A DNA stretch of 63,679 bases, counting the filler, from Nemertoderma westbladi (taxonomy: Eukaryota; Animalia; Xenacoelomorpha): NCBI GenBank assembly GCA_032718475.1. It is 4 parts of 4 records of this genome, joined end to end, with 100 filler letters (N's around TTAATTAATTAA, not from the genome) between each part and the next. Parts side by side here need not be neighbours in the genome. Positions count along the whole stretch, not along the records: positions 59,743 to 63,679 come from JAUCBJ010008422.1; 3 more parts are not named here. One strand, 5' to 3'. The notes beneath the pieces were generated by a model, which saw only the letters and a program-made list of their open reading frames with translations, searched no databases and had not been told where the DNA came from. Position 1 is the stretch's first letter, and the number at the start of each line of letters is the position of its first letter. Shown here piece by piece: positions 61,323-63,679 of the stretch. Position numbers and translations under genes: made by a program.

Positions 61323-63679
61323 AACAACTGAGTAAAACAACTCAACTCGTTGTTGAGGCTATAGAAATTGACTCAACTCCATAGTAGAATACCTAGTTTT
61401 TTGTGCTTTATACAGAGAATTTGACTCTTAACAGTAGTGGAATACTGTACTAGTGTGCTTGATACACAGTATTCATAAAACATCACCAATTCAGGTGTGT
61501 TATTAGTTTGTAGGTAAAAATGTGCAATAGTTATAATTAGCAAGTCGTAGGACTTGATTACTGTAAGAATTGTTGGCTGATTGACTGACTGACTGACTGG
61601 CTGGCTGACTGACTGACTGATCTACAGCCAAAACTACTCTAACGATTTTGATGAAATTTTCACAGCATCTAGATACCGCGATTCTAAGGTCCCTGGTATG
61701 TTCCGCTATTTCGTCCATGAGCCGTGGGCTCGAAAAATAGACATAAACGAAAAAACGCCATTGGCGCAATGGTAAAATAACACCAATGACAGCTTGTTGA
61801 TGGAATTTACATTTGATTTATGACTTCCGACTTGCTTAACGGCGTCTTGACGCCGTCTCTAGTTATATGATTAAGTCATATTGATCTCTATTATATTGTA
61901 ATTGTATGGTACTTCAGCTATATCTTCATGTGTAATATATGTAAGCACCTACTTGTCTAGCTATCTATATCTACAGATCTAAGTATGTACTGCTTTCTGC
62001 TTATTAGATAATACATGAACCGGTACCTTGTCTGCTTGTCTTTACAGAGGAAGATAGCCAACACATAAATCAATAGTTTGTTATCCACTGGAAACTATTG
62101 GTTTTGTGTTGGTTATCTCTTTTTTAAAACAATTACTATAGTCCACTTTACCCCAGGAATAATCGTGAAGAGTAAATGTGAACTGTACTACAGTTTATGA
62201 AGGGTTTTGATGGTAGTTCACTTTACCCTATAACCAGGGTAAAGTGAACTACCTGAGATGTATAAAAAAAATTCATAATTCACCCACTTCTTGGGTGCAT
62301 TATGCATTTCTGTGTTTTGTATCTGGGAGAGGGAATGTACATTGCATAACTATGCTCATATTCATATTGAATTGTCCTATAAAAGTGTTGAAATTGTCAG
62401 AAAACTGCAAAATCAGTTCACTTTAGCCCAGTTTACGAAAGATCAATGACTCAAGAAATAACTTCCTGCATGCATCAAATGTTATCAATTGGGTCCAAAC
62501 TTAGTTAGAAACCAAAATTTTGACTTTTGGATCAAGGGAACTAGTGCCACAGGGACATAGGCAGAACCTACCCTTTGGTGCAAGTGACGATTATTCTCAA
62601 TTTTCGTGATGGCCAACTTTTAGTTCCCCTACTGCTTTAATATTATGCTCATTAGAACCGCAATGACCAATTTAATGGGCTGATGGGGGTAGACACCATC
62701 AAAACAAGCACAGAGCGAATAGTTCTTGAGATATCGCAGAAAATGTTAAGTCCGGCACAAGTCTACATTACCGCCTTGATGCGATATGGACAAATATACT
62801 AAAAATGATACTTTGAATAATCTCAAGGAATCAAGAATAGACACACCGCAGAAAATGATCAATGTAGTGGGTGTAGACTGTAGACACCTTCAAAATAAGA
62901 GTAGAATCAATAGTTCTTGAGCTAATTTACAAAATGTCAAGACTATGTCCACCAATTTATTGATACTTGATATTGAGTTGACCCATTCCATACATTTCAT
63001 ACAAAAACTATTGTGAATTAATCACTACTCTTTTATTTTAAAGGTGTCTGTATACACTAAATCAATTTGTTGCAGTGATGTGTATATACACTAAATCAAT
63101 TTTTTGCAGTGATGTGTATATTTGGCCAGTATTGGTTGACAGAAGGAGATACGCAATGCGTATCCCATTGCGCCTCATAATAGCCTCTCGTCAACAAGTC
63201 AACCCCACCGACTAGCGGCACTGGCTGTTTCAGCTGACGGGGCTCTGTCGAAAAACGCGTCCCTGATGCAGTAAGGGCCCTCTTTTGAGGAGCAATATTA
63301 TTATTGCCGCGGAACTGCTTCTACTCTAGGCCAGACCTAGCCAGAAGTAGAATCCTCGCCAACCATCAACACGAATAGATGAATCTGACACTTGCCCCAA
63401 CACACCCCCCCCCCCCCCCCCCGATGTCGGAGAGTAAAATACCACGCATTATAGAATACAGGATAAGTTTGATCCAAGCAATGCAACGAAACCTGTAAGT
63501 TAGAAAATGCATGGTCCCGATATTTGCAAAATAATTACAAAAGTCCTACATTTATTTTGCATGAGATACTAACAACCCGTTACTAACCACAACAAACGTA
63601 CTGTATAGTACAGTAGCCTGTCGTATTCGCCCAAATACGGCAGTATAACTCTGGGTTCAGAGAACGTGAGTAGTAGGAG

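Noticed and set aside
61500-61860. Helitron-like non-autonomous element with a GACT microsatellite
   Set aside because: Suggestive only; termini could not be defined.
63140-63300. Possible ribozyme near CTGATGCA and CTGACGG
   Set aside because: The core does not match CTGANGA, and I could not build the required stems.

Overview
AT-rich, repeat-dominated genomic DNA of an invertebrate animal (spliceosomal introns, SINEs, LINEs, LTR and DNA transposons). Four segments are joined by artificial 100-bp N/TTAATTAATTAA spacers at 13426, 44286 and 59643. Most of the window is nested, decayed mobile DNA: Penelope-like, BEL/Pao (three copies, two families), Gypsy-like, RTE-like LINEs, P, Harbinger, Academ-like, pogo-like, piggyBac-, hAT- and MULE-like non-autonomous elements, and satellites. 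Host-type genes are a disrupted GMP synthase, a DHRS1-like SDR lacking the catalytic Tyr, a dUTPase-like ORF lacking catalytic motifs, and a Cys-rich, probably GPI-anchored protein. The standout is 38798-41106: about 5.4 apparently identical 412-bp units, each with a tRNA-like Pol III promoter fused to a minimal type I hammerhead ribozyme. It has an inverted 5' segment and a target-site duplication, consistent with a retrozyme-like element copied from a circular or multimeric RNA. Second is an unrecognised accessory ORF downstream of pol in a BEL family, with an excess of synonymous changes between two copies. All family assignments come from motif recognition by eye; no searches were run.
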